From Takakia lepidozioides (lineage: Eukaryota; Plantae; Bryophyta): a stretch of DNA of 64,000 nt. Shown here piece after piece: positions 38,449 to 51,658 of the stretch (within the stretch, counting starts at the first letter, position 1; each line of letters begins with the position of its first letter). Both the position numbers and the translations under genes were made by a program. The notes under the pieces were generated by a model, which did no database searches, had not been told where the DNA came from, and saw only the letters and a list, made by a program, of their open reading frames with translations. The stretch lies in the NCBI GenBank assembly GCA_030704615.1, contig CM060731.1, positions 91,450,001 to 91,514,000 of the forward strand. Direction: 5' to 3'.

Positions 38449-41115
38449 TTATGGCATGTGCATCCTGTGTAGCCTGTGTGGCTTGTGCTGGCTGTGAGAA
38501 CCCTTGTGTTCTCTCATATGACCATGCACATGAGGCATCATGACATGCACTTCATGCTCTGGTGGTGGTGCTGGTGTAGTCTGTTGCTCCTTCTCTGCTT
38601 CAAAATTCAAATCATGTTGTAATGGTCTATCATGGATACCACTGTATCCCTTTAATTTGTTGGCATTGACACTACCAAGCATTTCTTTGTTAATTGTTTG
38701 TAACATGGCTGTGTTGTTATCATACATCTTCTGTATGACATAAGGTCTTTTCCAGGGAGACTTAAGCTTAGAAGCTTTAATCTTTCCCCTCTTCTGCAAC
38801 CACAGTACCAAGTCTCTTATCTTAAAAGTTTTAAGTTTGCCTTCATCAAACCGATCTTTCCTTTTCATCTGAATTCTGGCCATGTTATCTGCTGCATCAG
38901 CATGAACTTCTTCTACATGATATAGTTGATGTTTCCTTATTTTGATTGAATCTTCGAATTCCATTCTCCTTCCCCATTCAGTTGGAATATCATGAGTGTA
39001 TTGTATTGCTGTATGCAGCGATTGGTGGCAACCCTATGCTCTATTCCAAAAGCAGTTTGGAATCCAAAAGAAAGAGTACTTTCTAAATTTTCCAGGGATT
39101 CATAAGATCAACATCCTCCTCATAAGCTATCGTGTTGCTTACAGGCTGTGGCTGTTCCCAGTATCATCATTGGAGGAAGCTCTCTCCCTTGCTTTATTTC
39201 TTTTGCTCTTGGGCTTTTCCTGTAGTGTTCCAGTCCCTCTGCCTTCTCTTCTGTTGGTTAACAAGAATTTCACTAGAAGTAAAGCTTCCATGCCATAGAC
39301 TAATTGAAATGGTGTATACTTTGTAGTGACTTTGTATGAAGTCCTGTAAGACCACAAAGCTGTTAGCAGTCACAGTTCTTGCAATAATTATGTACATCCT
39401 TAAATAAGGTAGGCCACCAGTATCCTGCAAGTGATATTTTTCTGCTGGTAGTCTCTTCTCCAAAATGTCCACCAGCTATCCTTTTATGAATTTCTTCCAA
39501 GACTTTATTAATTTCATGATGGTACAAGCATCTTTTCAGGACTCCATCTGGTCCTAACTTGTATAGCTTTCCTCCTATCATAGTATATGGTAAAGCCTTG
39601 ATGGCTATTCTCTTTCTCTGCTCCTTCCCATAACTAGGTGGGCACTGTCCATGAGTCAAGTAATATCTGATTGGCCACTGCCAATCTAACCAGTCATCCG
39701 CCCCAACCTCTACTGCAAATAGGCTAGCATCAGGCAGTTGACTGTCCTGTGGCGGGTTCTCCTGTTGAAAGGCGTGACAAGTGATCTGCCACAAGATGCA
39801 AATGTCCAGGTTTGTAAACAACTTCAAATTCAAACTCATGCAGTATAATTAGCCATCTTGCGTAACAACCAACATGTAGCCCAGCGGTAAGGGCATATAC
39901 CCTCTTACGAGTGGTTGTGGGTTCAAACCACCTTATTGGTTGTTACAAAGGTGTCCACTTTCCTACCGGAAGGCAGTAGCCCTTTTGGGTCAAGTGACAC
40001 CATAAATTACGCTTGCTTCGGCAACGCGTCCACCTTTTAGCCATCTTGCTATCCTTCCACTTATCAACTTGGCTTGTTCACCAAATAAATCAGAGCCTGA
40101 TGGTCCACATAGAACATAAATTTTCTTCCCAACAAATAATGCCTGAACTTCTTGACTGCATCAAAGCTTCTCTTTTGGTGATGCTATAGTTTCTTTCAGC
40201 ACTGTTCAATAATCTGCTAGCATCGTATACAAGTGAATCTATGTTTCCCGTGACGTTTTGAGCTAACACAACTCCCAGTGCTTCTCGTGAGGCATCACAA
40301 TGTACATGAAATACCATATACCAATGTGGGTTAATCAGCACAGGTGTAGTTGTTACTGACAATGTAAGTTCCTCGAAGGCTTGTTGGCATTCAGGTGTCC
40401 ATGCAAACCCAACATCCTTCTTCAAGAGTTTACTCAATGGTGCAGCCATCTGTGCCTACCGTCTGATAAACCATCTGTAGTAATTGGTTTGTCCAATGAA
40501 TCTCCTTAGAGCCTTAACGTTATTTGGTGGTGGAGAGGCTTTAATAGCCTCTGTCTTTCTAGGATATACAAGCATTCCTTTTTGACACACAATGTGTCCC
40601 AAAAGAACTCCCGAGTTCACACAGAAAGTACATTTCTCAGGATTCAACCCAAGGCCTCTCATTCTGCATCTGGCTAAACATAACTCCAACTTATCCAAAT
40701 GCTTCTTCTTAGAGCTATACACACTGAAGTCATCAAGAAAGACCTGGATAAAGTCATCCAAATATTCTTGGAATGACTCACTAATTACTCTCTGAAAGGT
40801 AGCTGGTGCATTACAAAGTCCAAAGGGCATGACTTTATAAGCATAGGCTCCCCAATCAGTAATGAAAGCAGTCTTTTCCTGGTCCTCCTCTGCCACTTGC
40901 ACCTGATTGTAACCACTGAAGCCATCCATGAATGAATACATCTCATGACTTGCCACAGTGTCTAACACGGCTTCTGTGAATGGCAGAGGGAATGGATCCT
41001 TCTGGTGCAATCATTCAACTTCTTGTAGTTGACACAAACTCTCAGTTTGCCATTTTTCTTTGGAACTATCACAATAGGTGATAGCCAAGTTGTATACTCT
41101 ATTGGGTATATAAAC
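38449..41115 (-). mobile_element. Ty3/Gypsy pol pseudogene: RT, RNase H, integrase (core partly deleted)
   Basis: WLSPIVIVPKKNG, FMDGFSGYNQ, MPFGLCNAPATFQR, FLDD, HCDAS, HHCC finger, TPFQLVYG, GPY/F-like KSPWKRPY. Confidence 0.93.
39862..40036 (+). mobile_element. tRNA-derived SINE (175 bp) inserted in the Gypsy RNase H region
   Basis: A-box tagcccagcggtaagg and B-box ggttcaaacc; 13-bp TSD ttagccatcttgc (39849-39861, 40037-40049); removal restores GRIARWLIIL. Confidence 0.85.
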
Positions 41116-44100
41116 TTAGGGAACCCCAGGTGAATCGCAGGTCTCACGCTTGTTATCGTTGTACAACATGCAATACAAAGCAGAGGCAGAAAGGAAACAG
41201 AGATCAATCGAAATTCATTCGATGGCTCAACGGATGGTTGGCCATCGAAATGATTTTGGTTGGCTTTGAGACTTGGCCACTATGTTCAATGTGCCATGTA
41301 AGACGCCCCAGAGTAATATGAGATCAATCGAAATTCGTTCAACGGGCCAACGGATGGTTGCCCATCCAAATGATTTTTCGTTCGCTTTGAAACTTGGCCG
41401 GTGTGTTCAATGTACCCTCCGATACGTCCCAGTGTAATAATCGAAATTCGTTCGATTGTCCAACGAGGCGTTCACTTGTCATCTGGTTTTTGTTCAATGC
41501 GAAAAAAAAGAAATCCTGCAATGCGCGCACGACTATTGCACCCATTGAACGGATGTGGTTGAAGCCCCTCTTTTGCCCGCATGTGCTCGAACATGTGCGG
41601 AGACACAACAGACGAATAAATCATTTGCCTCCCCATCGACGCGCTCCTCCCTCAAGCCATTCCACAATTTAATTGAATTTAAATTTATTTTAAGCCAGTA
41701 AATAGGTTTGCACTGCCTTTCATTGGGGGTTTCTGGCACGTATCGATTTCGTTTTTGGCTCAATTTTGTTCAGCGGCTTCCAGCATCCCACCGCTACTCC
41801 CCCGCCGAAATTCGGACCAATCAGACGACTTCGGAGCGAAGCGTGGCCAAGCCGACGGTGCAAAAGGTAGTTGGAGGTGACTTCAGAGAATTTATGATCA
41901 AGTGGCAAGGTCAAGAACTCCAGAGGCATCACCATTAGAAGGTTTTCCAGGGAAGCAGTAAACTTTCTATATGACGGATCTATGAATAACGACGTTTGGA
42001 ATTGGTTTTTCTACTCCGCTTGATCTGAGAATTTATAGGCAATTACGGAGCACCTAATCATAATTTATCACCAAGTTTGGTGATTTATGGTTAAGGTTGG
42101 CAGCGGCACCGAATTACAAGGCCTATGGCACTTGCGGCGACCAATTTAAATGATTTTTATATATTTCATTGGATGAAAGGACTCAAATTCGCCCTAGGGG
42201 GGGTTCTGGATGTTAACCGCCACCTAACGGTCAAAGAGGATGAGGAAGAACCCTTTGACCGGTTTCCCGGATGAGTTCCATCCAAATATTTGTTTATTGC
42301 ATTTTAGTAGTTTTTTTTATTATATCTCCCTCTAGTTTATAACAGTTTTAAACTATCCTACAATAATTTAAGAGTATAAAAGAAGGGCAAGGCTTCCTTG
42401 TTTCTTCACCTAGTTCATTTGTTTGCTTTGCTCTTGCTTTGTTGTAGTTTAGTTTGCTAGGGAGTGGAGCTTGAAGCTCCCTAGTTTAGGAAGACAATGA
42501 GTCTAGCCCGTTGTAGGCCTTGAGGCCATTTGCTTGTGGTAAGAAGGAAGTTCGAGATCACTATAGTGTAGATTGGAGAGACTTGGGACGAGCTATGGGT
42601 GGACAATGTTGACAAGCACCTAGAGAAAGGGTCTCACAAGAGCCACGCCATCGAGCCATTACAGCATCCCAAGCTCCCATTGCTCCTAAGATTGATAAAC
42701 CACTTCCCTTACTTTGCTTTTGATGTTTATTTTTTGATATTCCATGTGGAGTGTACAAGACAAGCCCATGAGAGGTTGTCTCTTATATGAAAAACTAACC
42801 CTCTAATGTGAGAGGAGAGCTTAGTTGAAAGTGAAAGGTTCATTTGTTCAAGGAGTAGGGACTCTATTGATGTTTTGAGTTCATATAAAGTGGAGCAGTT
42901 GTTAAGGAGAAGGAAACTTCCTTAAGGCTAAGAGGGAAGGAAGGCCTCTTAAGCCCTTAGGCTCTAGGGAGCTTAGTTCATTTCATTTAAATATATTTGG
43001 TGTAAGTTGTTTTTGTGGTTATTATATGCATAACCAGAGCTTGGGAAGCTCTGGAAAGGACTGACCAGCAGCCAAGAAGGCTGAGTCAAAGGCCTGAGGC
43101 CAACTAATATCCCCAAGGATACACAAAGGCAACAGGCCTTGGGGGGCAAAGGTTTTTTTTGGTTTGTTTTTTTTGGATTTAGGAGCTTTTAGGGTCGCTG
43201 CCCAGCCGCAGAGCGGGCCGCTGGGCCAGAGGAAGGCGCGCCATGTATAGCCAGGAGCAGCGGGAGGCCACGCGCCTGGGAGCTCACTGCCGCGGCCCCC
43301 GCGTTGACTACATTGTACTTTTCCACCATTAAATCAGCACGAGGCACTTGAATATAGGGAGGGCTGTCCCCCTAGGACCCGCGCGGTCCCTGAGTACGAC
43401 GGACCGCCGGTTAAACGTAAGAACCGGCTTTAGCCCGCTAGTCAGAAGCGCGGACCTCTCCGCGCTGCCCCACGCCTCGCCACGTGGTGGGTGGGGGCGT
43501 CCGACCTCTGGTCGCTACGAAATCGCCCACTGAAGGGGGTATTCCTCTACCTTGTACTATTATGTTTCTTTGATACCCCTCTTAGGGGGATTGTGGGCTT
43601 ATCTTTAGATTGATGGAATGATAAATTATGTAGTTTGGGTATGTTAGAGCTCTAGGGGCAAGGATTTGTATAAGCCATAGCTCAGCCCGGGGAGTTTAGG
43701 AGCTTCCGAGCTACATACCGAGACAGCGTGAGGGAAAGTTTGGACGAGAAATACACTAGCCTTGAATTTAGGCTACAGTAAGGAATAGTGTCAAGCATAG
43801 AGGTAGGGGATGACAGATTCCGGGCATAGAAAAGGTCTCCACTAACCATAAGTCAAGGGAGTTGAGGGCAAGTGTGGGAAGACCAGCCTGGCCCCACCAC
43901 ACTTAGTACGTTTGAGCCAACGGATGAATTTCTGAGCGACGGAGGGCGACGTGCCCGAAATTCATTCATCCGTGATCGTTGGGTATAGCGGCTGTTCCCC
44001 GCGTGCGGAGCCGTTCCCTAGGGTTCCCACAGATCAGGTGCGTTCCCGGGGTGTTCCCCCACCTCCTGCAGGTAACTCTTGGATCCCTGGAATCTGGAGC

Positions 44101-44689
44101 AGATTCTCTGCCCAGTGGTATTTTTATTTTTATTTGTTTATTTATTTATTTATTTCTTTGCATTTTGCTTATGAGTAAAATAAGAGAGATTGGCTTAGAG
44201 CCTTGGATGTAAAATAACCTCTTTCAATTCGTAGATGTGGGAAATTCAAAGGAGGATTTTTGGCTTGAACTCAACCACCCAAGGATAGGAGGGGCATTGG
44301 GAAGATATGACTTCTCTTCCTCTCTAAACCCGGTAGTTGCTTTGTGAAGGGATGACAGGAAATCCCGTCTATAAGCGGTTCGGGGTTTTAGGCCAGTAGG
44401 ACTTAGTTGATAAACAAAGACTTGGAAGGCAATTAACGAAACTAGAATTAACAAAAACATACCGTAGGACTTAGAAACGCAACCTTGCCCTGTGAAGTAG
44501 AAATTGTATTCTTCTTTGCCGGTAGATTTAGAATTGTTTGATTAGCACCGCCACTAGCATTACCGCGGATCCCCTGCACTAACCGCAGTCGGGTGGACGG
44601 TTCTTGAGCTCAATCCATTCCGCTACACACCTCGACCCCGCCTAGACTAGTATGTCGTCACCCTGACCGCGCGCGTCCAGGGCTCGTCA
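41116..44689 (+). mobile_element. Large non-coding insert, probably a long LTR fragment
   Basis: Interrupts the Gypsy protease-RT interval; ends ...gctcgtCA; TATA-like site at ~42376; ~120-bp internal duplications at 41199-41460; left end and TSD not found. Confidence 0.45.
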
Positions 44690-47600
44690 CTCCACAACAT
44701 ATTCTCTTAAAACAACTCAGTCCTCCCAGTTGCATCTCTGCAACCTGCTCCCACTCTGGGTGAGTAGCAAACAGGGTAGCCTCCTGCTCCTCATCAAGTC
44801 CTCCCCTCCAGTCATACTCCTTGACTCCACGAGGTATTCTGGTAGCAGGTAGTCTGCCTAATTTCTTAGTTGAAATCTGTATCTTGTGCTTATCCTTGCG
44901 CACAGTCAGAATCTAGGAATTCCAGTCGTGGAATACCTTGGCCTGTTTCAGCCATGGTCGTCCTAGCAATAAGGAATAAGCTTCCATGACATCATCCATC
45001 TTCAACACAGTTACTGTAATCTTGAAAACCATATTTTGAATCTGTATTTTTACTCCTCTTATCAAGCCGAATGGTTGTACACTTCTTTGATCTACCATTG
45101 TTATTGTGAATGGGGCTGGTTTCATGTTATTTAGACCAAGCTTCTGCCTTAATTGGTCTGTCATAATATTCACTCCCGAGCATCCATCTATCAGTACATC
45201 AGTCTCTGTGTTTCCAATTTTCAATTGGATTACTAGCATGGAGTCATCAAAGTCCATGACAGCTTCTTGCCCTTTAGGCTTCACATTGTAGCTTGTCACC
45301 TTGCTGCACAGGTCTGTGCGATCTGTTACATGAGCAATCTGATTGATTGCTTGATACAACATGTGTATGTAGTGGGGCGCTACAGCCAATAGTTGCCCAA
45401 TTGTAATCTCTGCTTTGGATTGGCATATTACTTCAGCCAATGGCCCTTCCGTATTCATCACCTGTGAAACATCATGCTTCAATGTTTCCTCATCTTCATC
45501 TTCTTCATTTTCTTCTTCAGAGTTTGTTGACTTTACTATCTAGGGATATCTGTCTTTTTTTGCATTTCCCTTATAGTTTGTGCCACTTTCTTGTGCAGAT
45601 CCTTCTCATCCCTCCAGGCCTCATCATCTTCAGGCACATCACTATTATCCTCACTATCTTCTTCATCTTCATCTACAGGAGGCAATAACTTAGCCTTACT
45701 CCTGGTAACTATCATGGTACTCACTTCTAGTACAAAACACGACATTACCATGTGTGCTGCCACTATTGGGCCTTCATTTGCAGGAATTCTCATCTCCTCC
45801 TGATGTCTTGTCCAAAAGGGACAGGCTGCTTTGCAATGTCTTAGTTGGTTACAATAGTAACACACTTCTTCATTGGGTCCTCGCCCCTGGTCCATTCTGG
45901 GATTATTTCTATAATCCTGATTCCCCCTGATAGTTGCCTCTGGGATTGCCTTGGTAATTCCCTCTTGGATTACCTCTTCCTGGCATGCCATTGTTATATC
46001 CACTAGGTCTACCATAGTTACCCTGGTCATTGTTCCTTCTAGGTTGGGGTTGCACTTGATGCACTCTCACCTGCCTATTTTCCCTTGGGTAATAACAATT
46101 CTCAGTAGAATGGTTATCCATTTTATAGATAGTACAATGTTTCTCCTTCATGTGACATTCAGCTGTGGTATGGCATTCATTTTGGTATTTTGTGCACCAG
46201 ACACCCTTCCTCCAGTGTACTGCAGCTTCTGTAGTATACTTCTTCAAGATATCTGCCAATCTTCTCTCATAGTTATCTTTCTTTAACTTTTCCTTCTTCT
46301 TGGACTTTTTCTTGTCCTCCTGTTCCTCTTCCTCCTCTGAATCATCTTCAGAGTCATCATCATCCCTTTTATCCTTCCCGAGCATTTTTCCTTGCTCAAT
46401 TCTGTTGGCTGTTTCAAATGCCTCTTCCACTGTATTATGTGGTAACATATCCACTTTCTTTTGTAAATCAGGTCTTAGACCATTTACGAACCACACCTTT
46501 TGTAAACTTGCAGGTGGCACATCAGCCAGTTTCCTGACCATTAATTCCATCTTTTCCAGATATTCCTCAACAATTTCATGCTTCTTCTGTCTTAACTATT
46601 GTAGGCTACTGTACACTTCCTCCGCGGTTTTGCTTGTCCTGAATCTATTCTAGAATGCTGTTCTAAGAGCATTCCAGGTTTGAAAATGATTATCAACAAA
46701 TTGTGCATACCACTCAATTGTTTTCTTGATAAACGAACAAGGAAATAATCTCAATTTTGCACATTGTCATCATTCTCGTTGTTCACTACACACATGTGCT
46801 CAAATTGATTGATGTGTACATCAGGATCTTTTTTTCCTAAGTAAATCAGAAAATGTGGTCTCATACGTGTTGGAACTATTGCTGCCATCTGTGGCCCTAC
46901 TACCGGCCCTGTGGCTGGTGCTGGACCTCCTGTGGGTGCTGGTCCTTGAGGACCCCCGGTGGTAGTGGTTGAACCCCCACCAAAAGTTGATCCTTGAGCA
47001 CTTACTATGTATAGCCCCCCCTGTATTTGCAATACCCCTAGTTCCAGTTGCACTACTTCCCACACTCCCTGTCCCCCCAAGAGCCGGATCCAAGCTGCTT
47101 GTCTGATCCCCCTGAGCCGACACCTTTGTTGGCCAGTGATCCAAGTGTGTCACTTGATCTTGGTCCAACAGGTTGGGATGTCCTGGTTGCAGTACCAACA
47201 TGAACTGTTGGGTCTATGTCTTCATAATCATCATCTTCCAAGTTTTTATCTCGTCTTTCATCCTCCAAATTCTTATCTTGAGTTTCTTCTTTGCTCATAT
47301 AACTCAATTGAATTGGTGTTGGAGAGTCTAAACTTTCTGCAGGCTCTTCCTCATCCTCCTCTCCTTCATTGGTTGGTGTTTCATAAACTAGAGTTCATGC
47401 TCTTGGTGTACCGTGCCAACTTTGATCAAAGATTTCTGTTAAATCTTTTATCCATGGATTCACCTCCGACTTTTCCCCTTGAGGCTGACCCTCTTCCTGT
47501 ACCAAATCTCTTAAGCTTTCTTGTAAAGAATAAGAAGGAGTGGCATCTAAATTATGATCTTTAGGTATTGGTGATGTACCCTATGGTTTTGGTGGAATGA

Positions 47601-48771
47601 GAGGTCCAGATGATTCTCCTATGTTTATTCCTCTCTCCCAAAGATATGGATAGTTAGCTTTTAAATAACTTTCTCTTTTTGCTGCATATCTCTCTCTTCT
47701 TGCTTCCTTTTCATCACTCATGACCCATGTCTTTCATGACTTTGATGAGGAAATAACCACAACTCTCTCCTGTAGTACCTCTCGTATATGCCTAGATTTC
47801 TTTTGAGTTTTAACTGCACCCTTGGCTAGACTTGAAGACTCAGTTACCACATAACCATATGGTAGGCAGGTCTGAAAAGCTGTTTTTGGTGTAAGCTTGA
47901 TCCACAAGATATCCTTGGGAATCCAATTCTTCACCAGTTCAAGCTCTTCATGCATATGAGTGTAAATGTTCACTCTTGATTCTTCCCAGCTTTCAAACTT
48001 TACTCGCTTAATGGATAGCAATGCTATCACATAAACCAGTGTTGGTAACCATCTCGCTCTCCCTTTACAGGCTACTTGATAGATCTTTATCACTAATTTT
48101 TCCAGACCCCACTCTGGATCAGCATCATGCACTCTCTTGAGAATATTCTCCTTACAACCGTCTGGCAATTCCAAGAACTTCTGAAAGAATTGTTTGGACA
48201 ATCTTTCTTTCTCAGTTTCACAGGGAATTTGATCCATATCAAATTCTTTAATTCTCCATCCTCCATGATCCCACCAGATGCCTGTCACATCTGGTTGTTC
48301 TTGAACCAGTTCCCCATTATGGTCGCCAAATGTTGAGCAGTTTTACCTCACCCATCCCTTAGCTATCCGGGGTGGAAACTCTAGGGTAGAAGAGTTAGAA
48401 ATCTCCAAGTACTCAGCCCGCTCAGGACAATCAGTCATGACTTATACCTAGTGTATCATGGGGGTGCTTTCCTATATCTATTCCTTCTTGCATTCATGTT
48501 TAGTATGTTATCTTACTGCCTAGGATTAAGTATCAGATTGCTTCTGCAATCTACCGAGTTCCATCTTTACAACTTAGGCATACATTCCACAACTTCACTC
48601 AGGTCTCTCTACATAGTGTAAGTATGAAGTAGGTATCGTATTTATAACTATCATCTGTTAGGCCGAAGCCATGGTGTCTCTAATCTACCCTATAGTAACA
48701 TCTCTACAGCTTGCATGTATCAAGCTCTCTCTGTCATCTCTCTCCTCCTCCGCATACTCGCCTTCGTGTAC
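44690..48771 (-). mobile_element. Gypsy 5' region: truncated 5' LTR (48331-48771), PBS, extra 5' ORF (47734-48288), gag, protease
   Basis: TGGCGACCA after the LTR CA end; FVNGLRPDL; knuckle CYYCNQLRHCKAAC; protease LIDGCSGVN and LLLGRPWL. Confidence 0.9.
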
Positions 48772-49462
48772 GGGGGCTGCTATTTCATGAGCCATGAGCC
48801 ATGAGCAGAGTCGTAAGTGTCGAAAAAAACATGAGCAAGATTTTTTTCCAGAAATTATTGTCCACGAGAATAGGGTTGAGGGTGTCACGGTCATAGGGGG
48901 ACAAGGACCTCCCGATGAAGGAGGTTGGGCAATGTTTTTTAGAATTACATATTGAAAGGCAATGTTTTGCGAATGGTAGGGTGGTACTGCTCTGTACAAT
49001 GGGCCCCCATTACAGCCTACCAGTCACTTCCAAAATCCACCCCCACTCTCAATCTAAAACGAAACGACGAATGATGCATTGTGAGAACGATGGATACAGA
49101 ATAGAACAAAAAAGAGGGCACAATGGGGTTTTTATTGATCCACATGAATTGCATTTGAAGCACGTCTACTGTGCTGATGGTGCAAACAAATCTATAGCCC
49201 TGTGCCTTCTGAATACAAGTCACGTTGTCAGCGGGACTTTGACTGCTCTGAAAACTAGCTCATGAGTCATCGAGCTCCTCCAGGTAAACTGGATTGCAGC
49301 CGTTGTACCGCCCCTGTTGATGTTCACCACAATGTCGTGCCCTTCAATCATACCACCATCAAATATGGAAAGCTTCACTTTTTCGTCCTCCACACCAATG
49401 CGAATGTCGCCATACAATGGAGAAGAGGAGCGCACTCTTTCAGGAGTATACGTCTCTCCGAT
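48772..49462 (-). mobile_element. MULE-like terminus plus 3' half of gene X copy 3 (49220-49462)
   Basis: GGGGGCTGCTATTTCATGAGC at 48772; IGETY...PLYGDIRIGVEDE...FTWRSSMTHELVFRAVKVP. Confidence 0.8.
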
Positions 49463-49467
49463 GGAGT

Positions 49468-51560
49468 TGTCGCGCGGCTTTTACTCACCCATCCCTTTGC
49501 TATTCGAGGCGGAAACTCCAAGATAGAAGAGTTGGAAATCTCTAAGTACTCAGCCCGCTCAGAACAATCAGTCATGACGTACAGCTAGTGTATCATGGGG
49601 GTGTTTCCTATTTGTTTTCCTTCCCGCATTCATGTTAGCTAGTTACCTTACTGCTGGTAATTAAGTATCAGTTTGCTTCATCAATTTATCGGATTCCATC
49701 AACTCATCAATTCATTCCACAGCTTCACTCAGATCTCTCTACACAGTGTGAGTATGAGGTGTGTATCAGATTAATATCTATCAAGTATCAGGCTGAAGCC
49801 ATGGAGTCTCTAATCTGCTCTACATTACAATTCCACTGCCTGCATTCATTAAGCATCAACAGATCCTCCTCCTATTCCGTGCTCTCCATCTTTCTGCTCA
49901 GAGATAGACTCTCTCCTCCTTTCCCCCAGTGATGTCCGAAGTCTCTCCAAGAAGTGCTCCTTCCCACTCCTTCCAGCAGTGATTTCCCCCCCCCGAAGTG
50001 CTCCAAAAAATGATCCCCCTTTCAGTCCTTGCTTCTAGCTTTATCTTCCTACCCGTTGTTCTAACCGTTTCCCTCACTAACCGTTGTCCGTGAACTAACA
50101 TGTTCCATTCGCAGGTGTTGTTCCCCACAGTCGTTCCCTGTCCGGCTATCCGTTTCCTATGGTCGTGACAGCTGTGTCAAGCTGTGACTGGCTGTGTGAA
50201 ACTGTGACGGGCTGTGACGGGCTGTGTTGGTTGTGATGGGCTGTGTCGGCTGTGACGAGCTGTGTTGACTGTGTCTGGCTGTGTCGGCTGTGTCGGCTGT
50301 GTTGGCTGTGACGGGCTGTGTCACCCCCCCCCCCCCCCCCCCCCCCTAAAGTGCGCTGCTGTCACCCCTAAGGCTCCTGTTGGTCTCAGTCTGTGCAAAA
50401 ATTAAGGGTACCCCACAGATCCCGTATAAGTGTCTAAGTCCCAGACAGTCCTCTAACATTACCCCTTCCCCTCTCAAAAAGCCGTGTCCTCACGGTTTAC
50501 TGATTGGGATTAGCAATCCTTTGTGAGCGAGCACCTTTCTGACGTTGAGAGTTTCGTGGCGGACTGTGTGTACGAGCCCGAGGTCTGTCACTGGTTGACG
50601 GAGATGATTGAACACTACCTGGATATGTGAGGCCCTCTGGAGGCTGATATCGAGGTAACCTTTCAGGCATAGGAGACCCCCGTCGCTTCTTTTCTGCCAT
50701 CTGAATTGCATAGTCTTCTCCCATGTCAAAAGAGTCCGCTGAAGAAAAAGTTGTATCAGAATCCTCATCGCCTCTTAGGTGTTTTAATTGTCGAACTTTT
50801 TGTGGAATCCTCTGGGGCATACAATGTTGTCCTACCATGTCTGGAAGTTTATATTTTAAAACTTGCTGTAAACGCTGAATGGCAAAATTGGTGAAGACCC
50901 TGAGCTCCTTTTCTGTCCAGGTGAGTGGGGTACCAATGACTTGTGAATTGTGCAAGTATTTCCATGCCACATGTCCCTTATAGAAAATATCATCAATGCC
51001 GAATTTCTGTGTTGACAAATTGTTCCAGGCCGCATGAAACCATGAACGAATTTGAGAATCCTTTTGTATCATAACTTTTGCCTCATATAAGTACATATGA
51101 GGTGGCACTGAAGGTAAGACCCAATGATCCCCACTGGAATAACTCAGAAAGCGCGATTGCATCTTGTGCTGCTCAATGTGATAACGTACCAGAAAACAAG
51201 CAGCGTAGTATAACCCGCATCCCATGACAATACTTGCTACCTCCTTGGTCTTGGTATAAATGAATCCATGTACAACTTGGAAAGCAATTAATTCCTTCAA
51301 CATGGTACCTGCCTCATGCCAGTACTGTGCAAAGTGATGATCCTCAATTGGTCGATTGTTCGGAAGAACTTTAGTCATAGTTGTCACTGGCAGCCATATG
51401 CGCATGATTTGATAGTAATGTGCGAATGACTGCGGATGACTAAATTCTTTCCAAACCAAATCCAACACAATGGGAATTTGGTTGAAGGGCATAATCATAG
51501 CCCTACTGTACTCCCTTGCAGCTGGAGTTTTAGGTGGGTTAAAAGCAGCATTGCCCCATT
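49468..51560 (-). mobile_element. Gypsy 3' LTR (49468-50458), PPT and extra 3' ORF of unknown function (50497-51498)
   Basis: LTR near-identical to 30558-31572; purine tract at 50459-50476 (-); 333-aa ORF. Confidence 0.9.
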
Positions 51561-51658
51561 TATTGTTTTTTATTTTCGAAATTTGTACTTCTGCTCATGA
51601 AAACCGATTGTCTTACTACTCCGCTCATGCCGCTCATGCTCATGAAATAGCTAACCTC

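Larger units (their letters stand above)
34414..51658. mobile_element. 17.2-kb segment bounded by MULE-like termini with a 9-bp TSD
   Basis: GGGGGCTGCTATTTCATGAGC at 34414 and GAGGTTAGCTATTTCATGAGC (reverse) at 51658; tgtcggctg at 34405-34413 and 51659-51667; removing the segment restores one LTR. Confidence 0.7.

Noticed and set aside
39862-39946. Functional tRNA gene
   Set aside because: No canonical cloverleaf or anticodon arm; flanked by a 13-bp TSD inside a retroelement ORF.
43920-43973. Hammerhead ribozyme (ctgagcga...gaaa inside a hairpin)
   Set aside because: Core spacing is wrong and there is no room for stem III; it reads as a simple imperfect hairpin.
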